This document shows positions 23,691 through 35,923 of a stretch of DNA of 64,000 bases, in pieces (the first letter of the stretch is position 1; every line of letters starts with the position of its first letter). Source of the stretch: Azolla caroliniana (lineage: Eukaryota > Plantae > Polypodiophyta); NCBI GenBank assembly GCA_043228905.1, contig JBHGNT010000006.1, forward strand, positions 17,856,001 through 17,920,000, read 5' to 3'. The notes under the pieces were generated by a model. That model was not told the origin of the DNA. It saw nothing but the letters and a program-made list of their open reading frames with translations, and did not search any database. Both the position numbers and the translations under genes were made by a program.

Positions 23691-26411
23691 ATGGAACCAC
23701 AAACGCTGTCGGAAGCGGCCAGGAAATGGTTCAGGCAACACGGACTGGAGGGGTTCTTGACCATCATGGAGGCACCACCGCACAGAGAAGCCGACCGGGT
23801 CATCAAGGAGCTCGACACAGAAGTCATCACCGAGGAAGCGATCCGTGCGCTAACAGGCCTTCCGGAGGGAGGTATCTTTCAGATCGATAACCCAACCTCG
23901 GAGCAACTCATCCGATATTTCGGTGAGTACTCTGTTGCTGGCAAAGGCTATCGAACGCAGGGCGGCGAAGATCCGCTATTCAGGGAGATAGCTCGAGTGC
24001 TCCATGAGTACGGCCACGTGTACCCCCGACCCCCTGTCATGCCAAAAAATCGGGTAGGGATGATCATAGCCACCTATGAAGGGACCAAGGTGGATTGGCC
24101 GGTGTTGATTGCAGACGGTTTGTGCGCGGCAATCGACATGGTACGAGGAAAGGACGGCAAGGAGGGCCGGAAGCTGTGGCATGCCGTAGCTCAGTGGATA
24201 ACATTGTTCGTGCCGCCGGTCGAGACCATCCAGCCAAAGAAGCGGCCAAGATTATCGGAAGGAAGCACCTCGAAGCCCGCGTCTAAACGACAGCAGCTGC
24301 TGGCGACGAAGGCGACGAAAGGGAAGAAACGACTCCCAGAACCGGAGGAGGTGTCACCGGTCCGACCCGTTAAGATAACCATACGGCGACCGGGACAGAA
24401 GGAACCGGAACCCTTGACAGCACAGAAACATGCCGTTACCCAGGAAGAGGAAACGGAGGAGCCAGAAGAGCACCTCCAACGACGGTCAAGAAGTAGGACC
24501 GCCGGGACAGCGGGGGAACGTTCGTACCCGCAAGAGGAAGAAACGCCCCCAACTCAACCTGAGCAAACCACAAGGGAGGAACCGGAACCGGTGCGTATGG
24601 AACCGGCCTTGTCGACTTCTATAGAAGAAGTCATTCCAACGGCTCCGGAGACGGCGAGAACCGGAACTCAACAGCCGGCGAGCCCAGCCAGCACACACAG
24701 CGGCCAAGGAGTAGAACCAAAACGGCAGATACAGGCACTCAGGCCAGACAATTCCACAGTGAACGAGCCGACCCGACCAGTACAGCAGCAAGGCACCAGT
24801 AGCATGTGGCTACGGTGGGTAGGCGAGCAAATCACCGGAGCGGTCGAGTACATAGAGGCGAAGGAGAGAGCACACCAAGAACGGTTGCTCGTCACAACCG
24901 TAGATCTAGAGACGGCCCGGTCCAGAATCCGGAGCCTTGAACAAGACTTGGACAGGGTCACAAGGGAAATGGCTCAATTGGCTTTGACAACACAAGTTCA
25001 ACCACCGGTGACTCCGGGCAATGTACAGAATAAAGTGTCAGATCAACCTGTACATAGCAATCAGACCCCGGCAACGGAAACCGTTCCAGAGAGAAATGCG
25101 GCACAAGCCCAAGAGCTTGCGGACTTAAAGGATGAGCTAGCTGCCCAAGAAGCGCTGAGGAGCCGCGAAAGGGAGTTGAAGACGGCAGCGGAGGCAGAAC
25201 TCAAAAAGACTGCTGAGAATCTACGCCGGGCCGAGGAGAGCTTACGGAAAGGCCACCAAGCGTACGACCGGCTCAAGGAGGAGAAGGAGAAAATGCTGCA
25301 AGAGAAGGAGAGGCTCCGGAGGAACGCCGAAACAGAAGTAGAGCGCCTGAAAGAGGAACTCCGGCAGGTAAAGGACCGGGAGGACCGGAACCATCGCCAG
25401 ATCAACGGCAAGCTCAAACAAAAAACGGAGGAATTTGAGCACTTGCACCGGGAGTATAAACGGTTGCAAACGGAGCACAAGGAACGGACAGATGAGCTCC
25501 GACAAGCAGTTGATCGGACCGCAACGGCATACGCTAAGGAACAAGCGGAAACCAGAAGACGGTTGGAAGAGGCGGAGAAGGTTCGGACAGAGCTCCTCAG
25601 GCAACAGCAGGCGGAAAAAGAAAGAGCGGCGGAGGTACTGCAGAGGCTGCAGACAACATATCAAGGGCAGTTGACGCGCTACAGAGAGTAGGCGGAGGAT
25701 ACGGAGAATCTCATCAAGCAGTTGAAGGAGGAACGACAAGTTGTGGAAAGTAGAGCGCAAATGGGAGCAAGTCGCATCCAGGATATCATGCGGGCCTGGT
25801 TGAACCAGACCAAGAGCTTGATTGACAACGGTTCCGTCAAATGGTGGACCAAGTGGGCCACGAACGCGGCGGAACTCCAATTGCTCCGGGCCGACGTAGA
25901 GAACCGGCGGAAGGAGGGAGATGATTGCTATATGCTGACTTCCGAAGACTTCACCGGCATAAGAGATGAGCTGGCCGAAGACTTTCAAGCCTTGGCAGAC
26001 GACCAACTAGGGCAAGTCCGGCAACTTGTAGCTCAGCTGGACGACGACAGGCTGGAGGCGCAGATCCAGTTTGAAAGCTACGAGAGGTCCCGGATCCGGG
26101 AAGAGAAAGCACGAGAACCGGTTACGGTCAACCTCAATGATGAGGAACCGTTACTGGAAGGAGACCGGACCGGAAGCAGTCAAACAGAGATGCCGGAGTC
26201 AGAGAAACAAACGGAGCAGCCGCCTATAGAGCAGCCGGAGCAGTCTCAGTCCCAACCGCAACCACAGCAGCAGCAAGCAGAGCAGCCGGAGCAGCCTCAG
26301 GCCCAACCGCAACCACAGCAGCAGCAGCAAGCACAGCCGCAACAACCACAACTGGAAGAACAAGTGGAAACTCTTGAACAAAGTATTTTGGACAATTTGG
26401 GTGAACAATGA
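23691..26411 (+). pseudogene. Gypsy 3' accessory ORF (~906 aa) with one premature TAG at 25689
   Basis: The 766-aa and 229-aa ORFs are in the same frame, and the TAG is CAG in element 2 (~41059). The ATG at 23691 (MEPQTLSEAA) is where the frame becomes conserved between copies. Confidence 0.8.
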
Positions 26412-26887
26412 AGGGGCCGAGAAGGGTTCGACGTACAAGGTACTGTCCCACGGGCGTGCCATGTGTTACCGGCCGGCAAGGAGTCCAAAATACGGAGTGA
26501 AGGAATTAATTAAGTATGGTTGTAAATAAGCATAGTGTGGACGGACGGACTGGAAACGGTATGTTGTTCCAGATCCGGACGGATCCCGAATAGGTGCGAT
26601 AGGCACCGTTTTGTACTACGGGCCGGAAACCTATTTAAAGGCCCGGACCCCATTGTAATCGCAACGGATAATTAATAGAGCATATGGTGTTTATACTTCT
26701 GTGTTGATTTCCGTTCTGTAATTACTGTTATATCTTACGCGTGTAATTAACCAAAGCACTCTAATCGTGTAACCTATGTGAGTCGGTGTAATCGTTGAAT
26801 CTTAATCCTATGCCGTAATCACCCTTTGGTGAAGTGTCTCCGTGACACCTTGTGTTAGGCCTTGTCCGGTCAGAGAATAACACCTAA

Positions 26888-29027
26888 CACCCGGTGAAGA
26901 ACAAAAGAGAACCAAAAGATGGATAGAGGAATGACATGTTCGCTTCCAACAAAGAAGCTCGACCGGAGCAACTATGGTTGTGGTCGTACAAAATGCATTA
27001 GTACCTACTAGGGCATCGTTACTAGAGCTATGTGGGAGGAACGAACGAGGTAGCGCCGGAGCCGGCACACAAGGACTTCCCGGCATGGGAACAAGGAACG
27101 AGTAGAGTGCTTTACTGCCTCGCGTCTTGTGTGCATGACCAGATGCGCGGCTACATCAAAGATGCAAAAACACCGAATGAGGCCTGGGAAAAACTCCGAA
27201 AGCTTTTCGCTACAAGTACCACAACCCGTAAGTTGTAGCACCGGCAAGAGTTCAACAACATTTGGCAGAGATATATGTCGGTTACAGAGTACACCACCAA
27301 AATAAAGGAGATTTGTGACGCGCTCGAGTCCATCAATGTGACGGTGGACGAAGACGAAATGGTCCAAATCTGCCTCAGTGGTCTAGCACAACAGTACAAG
27401 CCAATCCGAATGGAAATTTGCACTCGGGAGAAGCCACCGTCCTTTTTCGACCTACAATCTATGTTGATGGTCGAAGAAAACCACGCGAATGGGTCTAGGA
27501 CCACTCAACCAAACAACCAGATGTTGTACATGGAAGCGGATCGGCCCCGTGGGCGTGGAGGACGAGGTGGGTCGGCACACAATGGAGGTGGCCGGCAAGA
27601 GCAGAACCGGAGACACAGAGACAGTGCCGACATCAGTTCCAGACCTTCCACAAGCAGGGGGAGTCAAAACGGTGCCGAAAACCGACAATGGAAGGCCGAC
27701 ACGGAATTCTAGTATTGTGGCAAGAAAGGCCATAGAGAGTGTGAGTGGTGGAAGAAGCGTGCCAATTCAGATAAATCCGAATTCGGCAAGGTTGGACAAG
27801 GGAACTGGCAAAGCTCGCATTACGCAAGAGGATCGGAAGGATCCGGAACCGGGAAGACCGAAAAAGGGCCAGTCTTCGTGATGAAACATGAGGCGAACTC
27901 AATGAAGAAGACCACTTCCGGATTGGAGGATGTGTGGTACGTTGACTCCGGAGCATCTAACCACATTGAGCCACGAAGAGTGGTTCTCGTTCTTAGAGAA
28001 ACCAGAACAATCGGGAGTTGTCGAAACCGGTGACGACACTCCTCACCCGATCGTGCATGTGGGAGAAGTTCCCTTGAGCCATGTTGGACAGAAAGGGAAG
28101 CTTATGAACGTGCTACACGTCCTAACAGTCACAAAGAACCTAGTGTCGGTCGGACAAATCATCGACTAGGGAATGCAGGTGCGATTTACGCACCTCGGGT
28201 GCCTCATTGAGGAAGAAGGCCGGATAATCGCGCAAGGGTGCAGAGACGAGAGGATGTTTATCCTCAACACCAACAACGTCAACACCGCCTTGTTTGCCAA
28301 AGGACAGAAGATTGAATCAGACATCGATCTCTAGGACAAGTGGATTAGCCATGTTAACTACCAGAGGCTTCAGGATCTGCAATCGAAACAAGTTGTGTTC
28401 GGATTGCCAAAGTTGAGTGGCCAGAAGGCCCAAATTTGTGAAGCTTGCCAACTCGGGAAGCAACACCGGCTTCCATTCCCCATCGAACAAAACCGGAGCA
28501 GTAACAAGCTTGACTTAATCCATTCAGATGTATGGGGACCAGCATAGAATGTTAGTCTTGGCATGAGTCGATATTTCGTCTCCTTCATTGATGACTACGG
28601 CCGGCACACTTGGATCTATCTCATCGAGAGGAAAACTGAAGTTTTTGAATGTTTCCGGAACCTTGAAAGCTTAGTTGCACGCGAAACCAGAAAAAGATCA
28701 AGTGCCTGTGGTTGGATGGTGGAAAGGAATATTTTTCCAGCCAATTCAACAGTTATTTGCAGCAGAAAAGAATTCTAAGAGAATTTAGTTGTAGGTACAC
28801 ACCGAAACAAAACGTTGTGGCCAAGAGAAAGAACCGGTCGATTTGTCGACATGGCAAGGGCAATGCTTGGGGAGAAAACTATGCCCAAATTCTATTGGGT
28901 TGAGTGTCTGAACAACCATCTACATCCAAAACCGGATTAGAGACGAGGGTTAGCACATGAGCTATATTTCAGGCAAAAGCCGAATTTAAGGCACCTTCGG
29001 ATATTCATTAGCATAACCTATGTGCAT
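26888..29027 (+). pseudogene. Copia gag/protease/integrase N-terminal part, decayed
   Basis: YLLGHRY*SYV, MSVTEYTTKIKEIC, WYVDSGASNH and IHSDVWGP, with stops and frameshifts. Confidence 0.9.
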
Positions 29028-29497
29028 TGTTACCGGCCGGCAAGGAGTCCAAAATACGGAGTGAAGGAATTAATTAGATATGGTTGTAAATGAGCATAGT
29101 GTGGACGGACGGACTGGAAACGGTATGCCGTTCCAGATCCGGACGGATCCCAAATAGGTGCGAGACGCACCGTTTTGTACTACGGGCCGGAAACCTATTT
29201 AAAGTCCCGGACCCCATTGTAATGACAGCGGATAATTAATAGAGCTTATGATGTTTATACTTCTGTCTTGATTTCCGTTCTGTAATTACTGTTATATCTT
29301 ACGCGTGTAATTAACCAAAGCATTCTAATCGTGTAACCTATGTAAGTCGGTGTAATCGTTGAATCTTAATCCTATGCCGTAATCACCCTTTGGTGAAGTG
29401 TCTCCGTGACACCTTGTGTTAGGCCTTGTCTGGCTAGAGAATAACACAGTTTTGGCGACCACGATTCCTGCTTTCTCGCAACGAACGACGGTAATGG

Positions 29498-32400
29498 ATG
29501 ACTAGACCAACGCACGACTTGGTTACAGACCGAGCTCGACGCCTCGCCGAACGGCAAAGACGGCGTGAGACTTTCCAGCAAGCAGCGCAGGAAATTCGCT
29601 TGGATCGTTCGTTCTCCAACGAGATCCGGAGAGTCGCGGAGGAATCTCTCCGGTTACGGCAAACTCGCGACCAGGACGACGGAAGCAGTCTAAGTAGTCT
29701 CCGGGAAACCGAACGCCTCCTGGAGGCACTGGCAAGCGGAGAAAACGAGGCAGAAGCCTTTTCAGCCTACGAATCGGATTCCGAAGGGGGATACAGCGTG
29801 CACACGAACTACCGGAGCAGCAACGATACCCCCGGCGGCCCGGAGGACGACGGGTCGGATACCGTGCCGACTCCAGAACCGGAACCGTTCAACCAGGGCT
29901 ATCCGGAACCGCAAACGGAAGCCGTCAACCCACCAACACCGGAAGTGGAAGAAGCAAAGCCACCAACACCAACGAAAGAGCCGGCAAAGGTACCGGAAGA
30001 AGAGCCGGAAAAGGAACCGGAAAAAGAACCGGAAAAAGCACCGGCAAAAGAACCGGAAGTGGAACCGGCGAAAGAACCGGAAAGATATCAACAAACGCCA
30101 CTAAACCGCGGCCTAATACTGGACGACGACATGCCGTTCCAATACTCAAAGTATCGCGATGACCCGGACGCGGAAGCGCATGTTCATGACTTCGAGCAGA
30201 CATGGGAAGCAAATCACACGTCCCAGCGAATGACACCGGAGGAAGAAGAACGCTCGAAGATAGCGGAATTCAGAGTCACGTTGGAGGGACCGGCAACACG
30301 ATGGCGGCGGACGCAGGACCCGGCAACCATCACAACCTTTGCAGAATTAAAAGCAAAATTCTTGCATTTTTTCCACAAGGAGGTCGACCAGACGACAATG
30401 GTGGGCCTGTTTTATACGATCCGGCAGGAGGCAGGGGAAAGCATTCCCCAATTCGTCATACGTTTCCAACGAATGCATAGCCAGCTTGCCCGTGCACCCC
30501 CGGAGGAGGAATTATGGACGATATTTTTAACGCACTCCGGGAACCGTTATGCACGGTGTGTACGGTAATCGACTTTCGAGGATGCACCATCGACCAGGTC
30601 ATTGACCGGGTCAGAGAAATGGAAAAGACAAGCTCATGGCTTACGCTGGGAACACTGCAACGGGCGTTACCCACCGAGGAAGAACTCCGGTTCCGGCAGG
30701 CAATTCAATGCACAATCTGCTTGAATGCCGGACACTCGGCAGTAGAGTGCACCATGCGCACTCAGTGTGTGATTTGTCAATCCAAGAGTCATACAACGGA
30801 CCGGTGCGAGTACAACCTGTTAAACCGACAAGCACCACCCGTCTGACGGATCGAGCCAAGAAGCAGTCGCGACGAAGATGACAATCGTTGGCAAAGAATG
30901 AACCGGTACCCACCGGCACAGGATGTCCGGTACGGGGACAGGCAAGAGAATGATGGCCGGTACGGGAATCGGCGTGATAACTACGACCGGTATGAGCGAT
31001 CGAACCGTTATCGGGAGCTCAACAGACGACACGAGCAATACGACAGAGACCATTCCCCTGGTTACCGAAGGCACCAGGAGGACTACGGCCGATTTTACGA
31101 TCCACCACGACCGGACTACCGAAATAAAAAGAATAATAAGAAACGTAATTTCAAGAAAGGTGGTCATACTAGGGACCCGGAACAGGGAACCCCAAGGGGC
31201 CAACCGGCACAGAACGCACCACTCACTACGGGACCGACTCCGGATACCAACAAAGCTGAATCCAGCAATACCCGTAAAGAGTACTGCAATTACTGCAGGC
31301 AGGAAGGCCATTACAGTAACCAGTGCCCGGCAAAGAGCTACGATAAACGACCGGCAGTTAATATGGTGGTTCCGGAAGTGGTGGATATACAGCAAGTAAC
31401 CACACGGTCGAAAGGCATGGCCAAAGAGTGGGAAACACAAGAGGCCATACGGAAACAGGCGACGGAATGGGTGAAGGAAGCCAATGAAAGGAACGTCGCG
31501 GACACGGAACGGCAAAAGGCGAATACCATAGGGAGTGCCGGCGGTAGCCACGCAGAAAACGAGACATGGCAAGCACTACAAGAATGTCAGATCACGTTAC
31601 CATTAGGAAGACTCTTGCAGCTTGTGCCGCGATTCACAGAAGGACTAAAAACGGTCATGACAGACGGTATAGCCCCACCGGCACCAGTCCTCTTCTCGAA
31701 TCCGGAGGAGGGACCGACGGTGGTGGACACTAGTAGTCCGGCGATTACAGCTATTGTCAAAGGGCACGAACTTCCCGGCACCGTAATCGATGGAGGTTCC
31801 GGGGTGAACGTAATAAGCCTCCGTACGTGTGATGCCTTGGGTATACATGAATGGGAGCCAGGCCCGTTCTGGCTACGGATGGCGGATACGAGCTCGGTAC
31901 GGCCGACGGGCTTAATACAGAAATTGGAAGTCACCATAGGAGGTCACACATTTCACATCTCGGCTGTAGTGCTGCAGCTACAGGCGCAAGGCGCGTACCC
32001 TCTGTTGCTAGGCAGACCATGGTTGAAAACAGCACACATCAAGCAAAATTGGCGAAAAAATATGATTACCTTCCGCCGCGGAAAAGCCAAGGTCCGGGTA
32101 CCGACACAACCACGGACGAGCAACGGTAAGGAATGCACACCGCTGTATGCGGAATGTGTGAACATGCTTGAAGGATTGGCAGACGACGAAGAAGCCCAGT
32201 ACTTGGAGGAACACCCGAAGATCGTACCACTCTTCGAGATTGACGTAGCTGAAGCCGTAGCCCCATACTTGCCGCAGCGGGACGACACCGAAGCCGAACC
32301 AGACAAAGATGCGATTCGGGAATTACGGCAAGCACAGGAAGCGTTGGAACGGAAAATGGCCGTTTCCCAACGGGTAAAAACATCCCAGCTCGACGAAGTG

Positions 32401-35370
32401 AACCTAGGAAGTAAGGACGAATCAAAGCCGGTACACATCGCCAAAGAAATGAAGCCGGAAGAGAAAGCGGCGATGATCAAACTTCTCACGGAGTTTTGCG
32501 ACGTATTCGCCTGGTCATACGAGGACATGCGAGGGCTGGACCCTCAATTATATCAGCATCAGATCCACTTAGGCAAGGACGCGAAACCAGTGGCGCAACG
32601 ACGTTACCGAATGAACACCAACTACGCCGCCAAAGTGAAGGAGGAAATCGACAAACTCCTAAGAGTGGGCTTCATCCGGCCGGTAAAGAAAGCGACGTGG
32701 CTGAGCCCCATCGTCGTCGTCCCAAAGAAGAACGGTAAAATCCGCGTGTGTGTAGATTACAGGAAATTAAATGCAGCCACGGTTACGGATGCATTCCCTC
32801 TTCCGTTCACGGATGGAGTACTGGATGCCATCGCCGGCCATGAAGTTTATAGCTTTCTAGACGGGTTCAGCGGTTACAATCAAATCCGGATGCACCCGGA
32901 CGACCAGGAGAAGACAGCGTTCGTCACCGAATGGGGGGTGTTTGTTGCCGAAGTCATGATGTTCGGCCTAAAAACGGCACCAGCAACTTTCCAGCGAATC
33001 ATCATGGAGATCTTCGGCGAATACATTCCTGCCTTCATGCAAGTTTTCCTGGATGATTTTGCAGTCTATAGCCGGGGAAAAGACCATTTGCAGCATCTAC
33101 GGTTATGCCTTGAAAAGTGTAGGTTATACCGGCTAAGCTTAAACCCAGCAAAATGCATCTTTGGGGTTTCAAGTGGAATATTGCTGGGACACATTGTAAG
33201 TAAGGAGGGCATTGCGGTCGACCCGGACAAAGTAAACGCCATACTAGGGGCACCGGCGCCGAAAACGGCCAAAGCACTAAGCCAATTCTTAGGACAGATC
33301 CGGTGGCACAGCCGGATGCTCCGTCACTTGGCTGACTTGGCTACACCATTACACACCGCGGTACATCGGACACCGTTCCAATGGACGGATACGGAGGATA
33401 AGGCATACAATGCCCTGAAGGTACTTTTATCGCAAGCACCCGTCGTGCAGCCTCCGGATTGGAGCAAGGAATTTCATGTGTTCGTGGACGCTTCTGACAT
33501 CGCTATTGGCAGCGCCTTAATGCAACTTACGGAGCCTAAATGGTACCGGCCGGTATATTACGCCAGCCGGAAGCTGTCCCAAGCGGAAAAGAACTATTCA
33601 ACGACAGAACGGGAGGCCCTGGGCATGATCTACAGTGTAACAAAGTTTCGTCATTACCTATTGGGAAGGAAGTTCTCCTTCCATGTGGATCACTCGGCGC
33701 TCCTGTACTTAGTATCCAAGGCGTCCTTGACCGGTAAGTTGGCCCGTTGGACCTTGCTGTTGCAGGAGTTCGAATTCGAGATCTTCCACCGCCCCGGTAT
33801 CCAGCATGTCGTAGCAGACTACCTGAGCCGGTTAGAGTCCGGAGAAGCAGGCGACGGAGTAGCGGATGAATTCCCGGACGCAGAGTTATTCCGTATCACC
33901 CCGGAAACGGCAGCAGACGACACGGTGGCATCAGAAGATAGGTGGTTGACGAACATGCACCAGTTCCTAAGCACGGGCCTGCCACCGGAGGAAATGAACC
34001 GGGACGAGAGGAAACGACTGGCGGTGCAGAGCCGCAATTTCTGTCTGTTACGGGACACTCTCTACCACAAAGGAGCAGATGGAATATGGAGACGGGCAGT
34101 CCGTAGTGACGAGAAAGAAGTAATCTTACGGGAAGCACACTGTGGGATTGCCGGAGGACACTATGCCAGGGAAGCGACCGCAAGGAAAGTATGGCAGAGC
34201 GGCTTATCGTGGCCCACGACGTTAAAAGACGCCGTCAAGTATGCTAAGGAATGTGACCTATGCCAACGAATGGGCCAGCCTACGGAGCAAGCACGGATGC
34301 CACACCAACCGGTACTTCCACTAGAGCCATTCCAGAAGTGGGGGTTGGATTTTGTCGGACCGTTCAAGCCACCGGCAATGAGAACAGGTAATCGTTATGT
34401 CATCGTGGCAACGGATTATTGCACTAAATGGGTGGAGGCTAAGGCCTTGAGAGACAATACCGCGTCATCCACAGCAAAATTCCTGTACGAGAACATTTGG
34501 TGCCGATATGGATGTCTGATTGAATTAATCAGCGACCAAGGAGGGCACTTCCTCGGCCAGGTAGTGGAAAGCTTAACAACGTTCTATGCCGTGGTTCATA
34601 AACGGAGCACACCGTACTACCCACAAGCGAACGGGTTAGCAGAGTCCACCAACAAAACGCTGCAGAACATTCTCCGCAAAATTGTCAATGAAAACCGGAC
34701 GGACTGGGACACAAAGCTCCATAGCTCGCTATGGGCGTACAGAACGGCATACAAAACAAGTATCTGGACAACGCCGTTCCAGTTAGCATTCGGCTTAGAA
34801 GTGGTCATGCCGGTGGAATTTCAGGTACCAAGCTTACGGATCCAACTACGGGAACGGCTGAATGAAAAGGAGTCGGAGGAAATGCGGCTAGCAGCACTAT
34901 GCGAACTGGAGGAGCAACGGCTGGCCAGCATCCTACACATGGAACTGGAGCAACGACGACGGAAAGCGTTCGTTGACCGTCACCGGAAAGGTAATGAGAA
35001 GATGTTCGAAATCGGAAAGCCGGTGCTAGTATTCCAAACGAGGATGGGCAAGATGCCGGGTAAACTCCGGTTCAGATGGACAGGCCCGTATTGGCTGACA
35101 CGGGAATACAACGGGTCCTATCAGATAGGGACACTTGCCGGTGAAGTACTAGGCAAGTGGGTGAACGGATTTCGACGAAAGCCCTATAAAGGACCGATGC
35201 CAAAGAACCCGTTTATGCAGCTCACCGGCACTACACCGGGAACCTGTCCGGGATCGGTACGGATCGGTCCGGAAGAAAAAGACGACGGGGAACCAGTAGC
35301 AGAGGCGAAGGAAGACACGGCAACCCGTAAGGAAAACGGTACGGGTCCGAGGGGACCTACGGATGTGTAA
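29498..35370 (+). pseudogene. Gag-Pol of element 2, with a frameshift (~30525) and stop (30844)
   Basis: Split into 356-, 110- and 1490-aa ORFs that are colinear with the 1948-aa ORF. Confidence 0.92.
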
Positions 35371-35923
35371 GGTCACACACCGTCATTAAAAAAAAAAAAA
35401 AAAAAAAAATCATTAAAAATCGAGGTATGAACGGACGTGAAAGCAAGGCGCGAAAAGGTACGTAGTGGGCATTTAAGAGCCGCCACGTACTTAATACTAA
35501 ATCGGTATACGACGTGCGCATGCTCGAAAAAAGGCGCCAAGACGCACAGAGAAAAAGAAGAGCGCATGGAGACCTTCTTTTTTCGCGAGCCAAGGAGCAC
35601 AGAAGCACCAAGGCAGTGGAAGCTGAGCAAACGCGAACCTGCACGCAGAGAAACCCCGCGCTCAGAACGCTCTCTCTCTCGCTCTCACTCTCATCACCAC
35701 TCTACTTCGCCATCTTCCCTCGACCTTGAAGCAGACATGGAACCACAAACGCTGTCGGAAGCGGCCAGGAAATGGTTCAGGCAACACGGACTGGAGGGGT
35801 TCTTGGTCATCATGGAGGCACCACCGCACAGAGAAGCCGACCGGGTCATCAAGGAGCTCGCCACAAAAGTCATCACCGAGGAAGCGATCCGCGCGCTAAC
35901 AGGCCTCCCGGAGGGAGGAATCT

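Larger units (their letters stand above)
17009..26882 (+). mobile_element. Young non-chromovirus Ty3/Gypsy element 1 with 3' accessory ORF
   Basis: 419-bp LTRs (17009-17427 and 26464-26882, ~4 differences by eye), TG...CA ends, perfect TSD CCTAA and PBS TGGCGACCAC at 17434 (tRNA-Arg-like). Confidence 0.97.

Noticed and set aside
25689-25691. Programmed readthrough of the TAG in the Gypsy accessory ORF
   Set aside because: Element 2 has CAG here. The two TAG copies derive from one another, so it is a C>T mutation.
23691-26411. Retroviral env gene
   Set aside because: No signal peptide, TM helix or fusion-protein features are visible.
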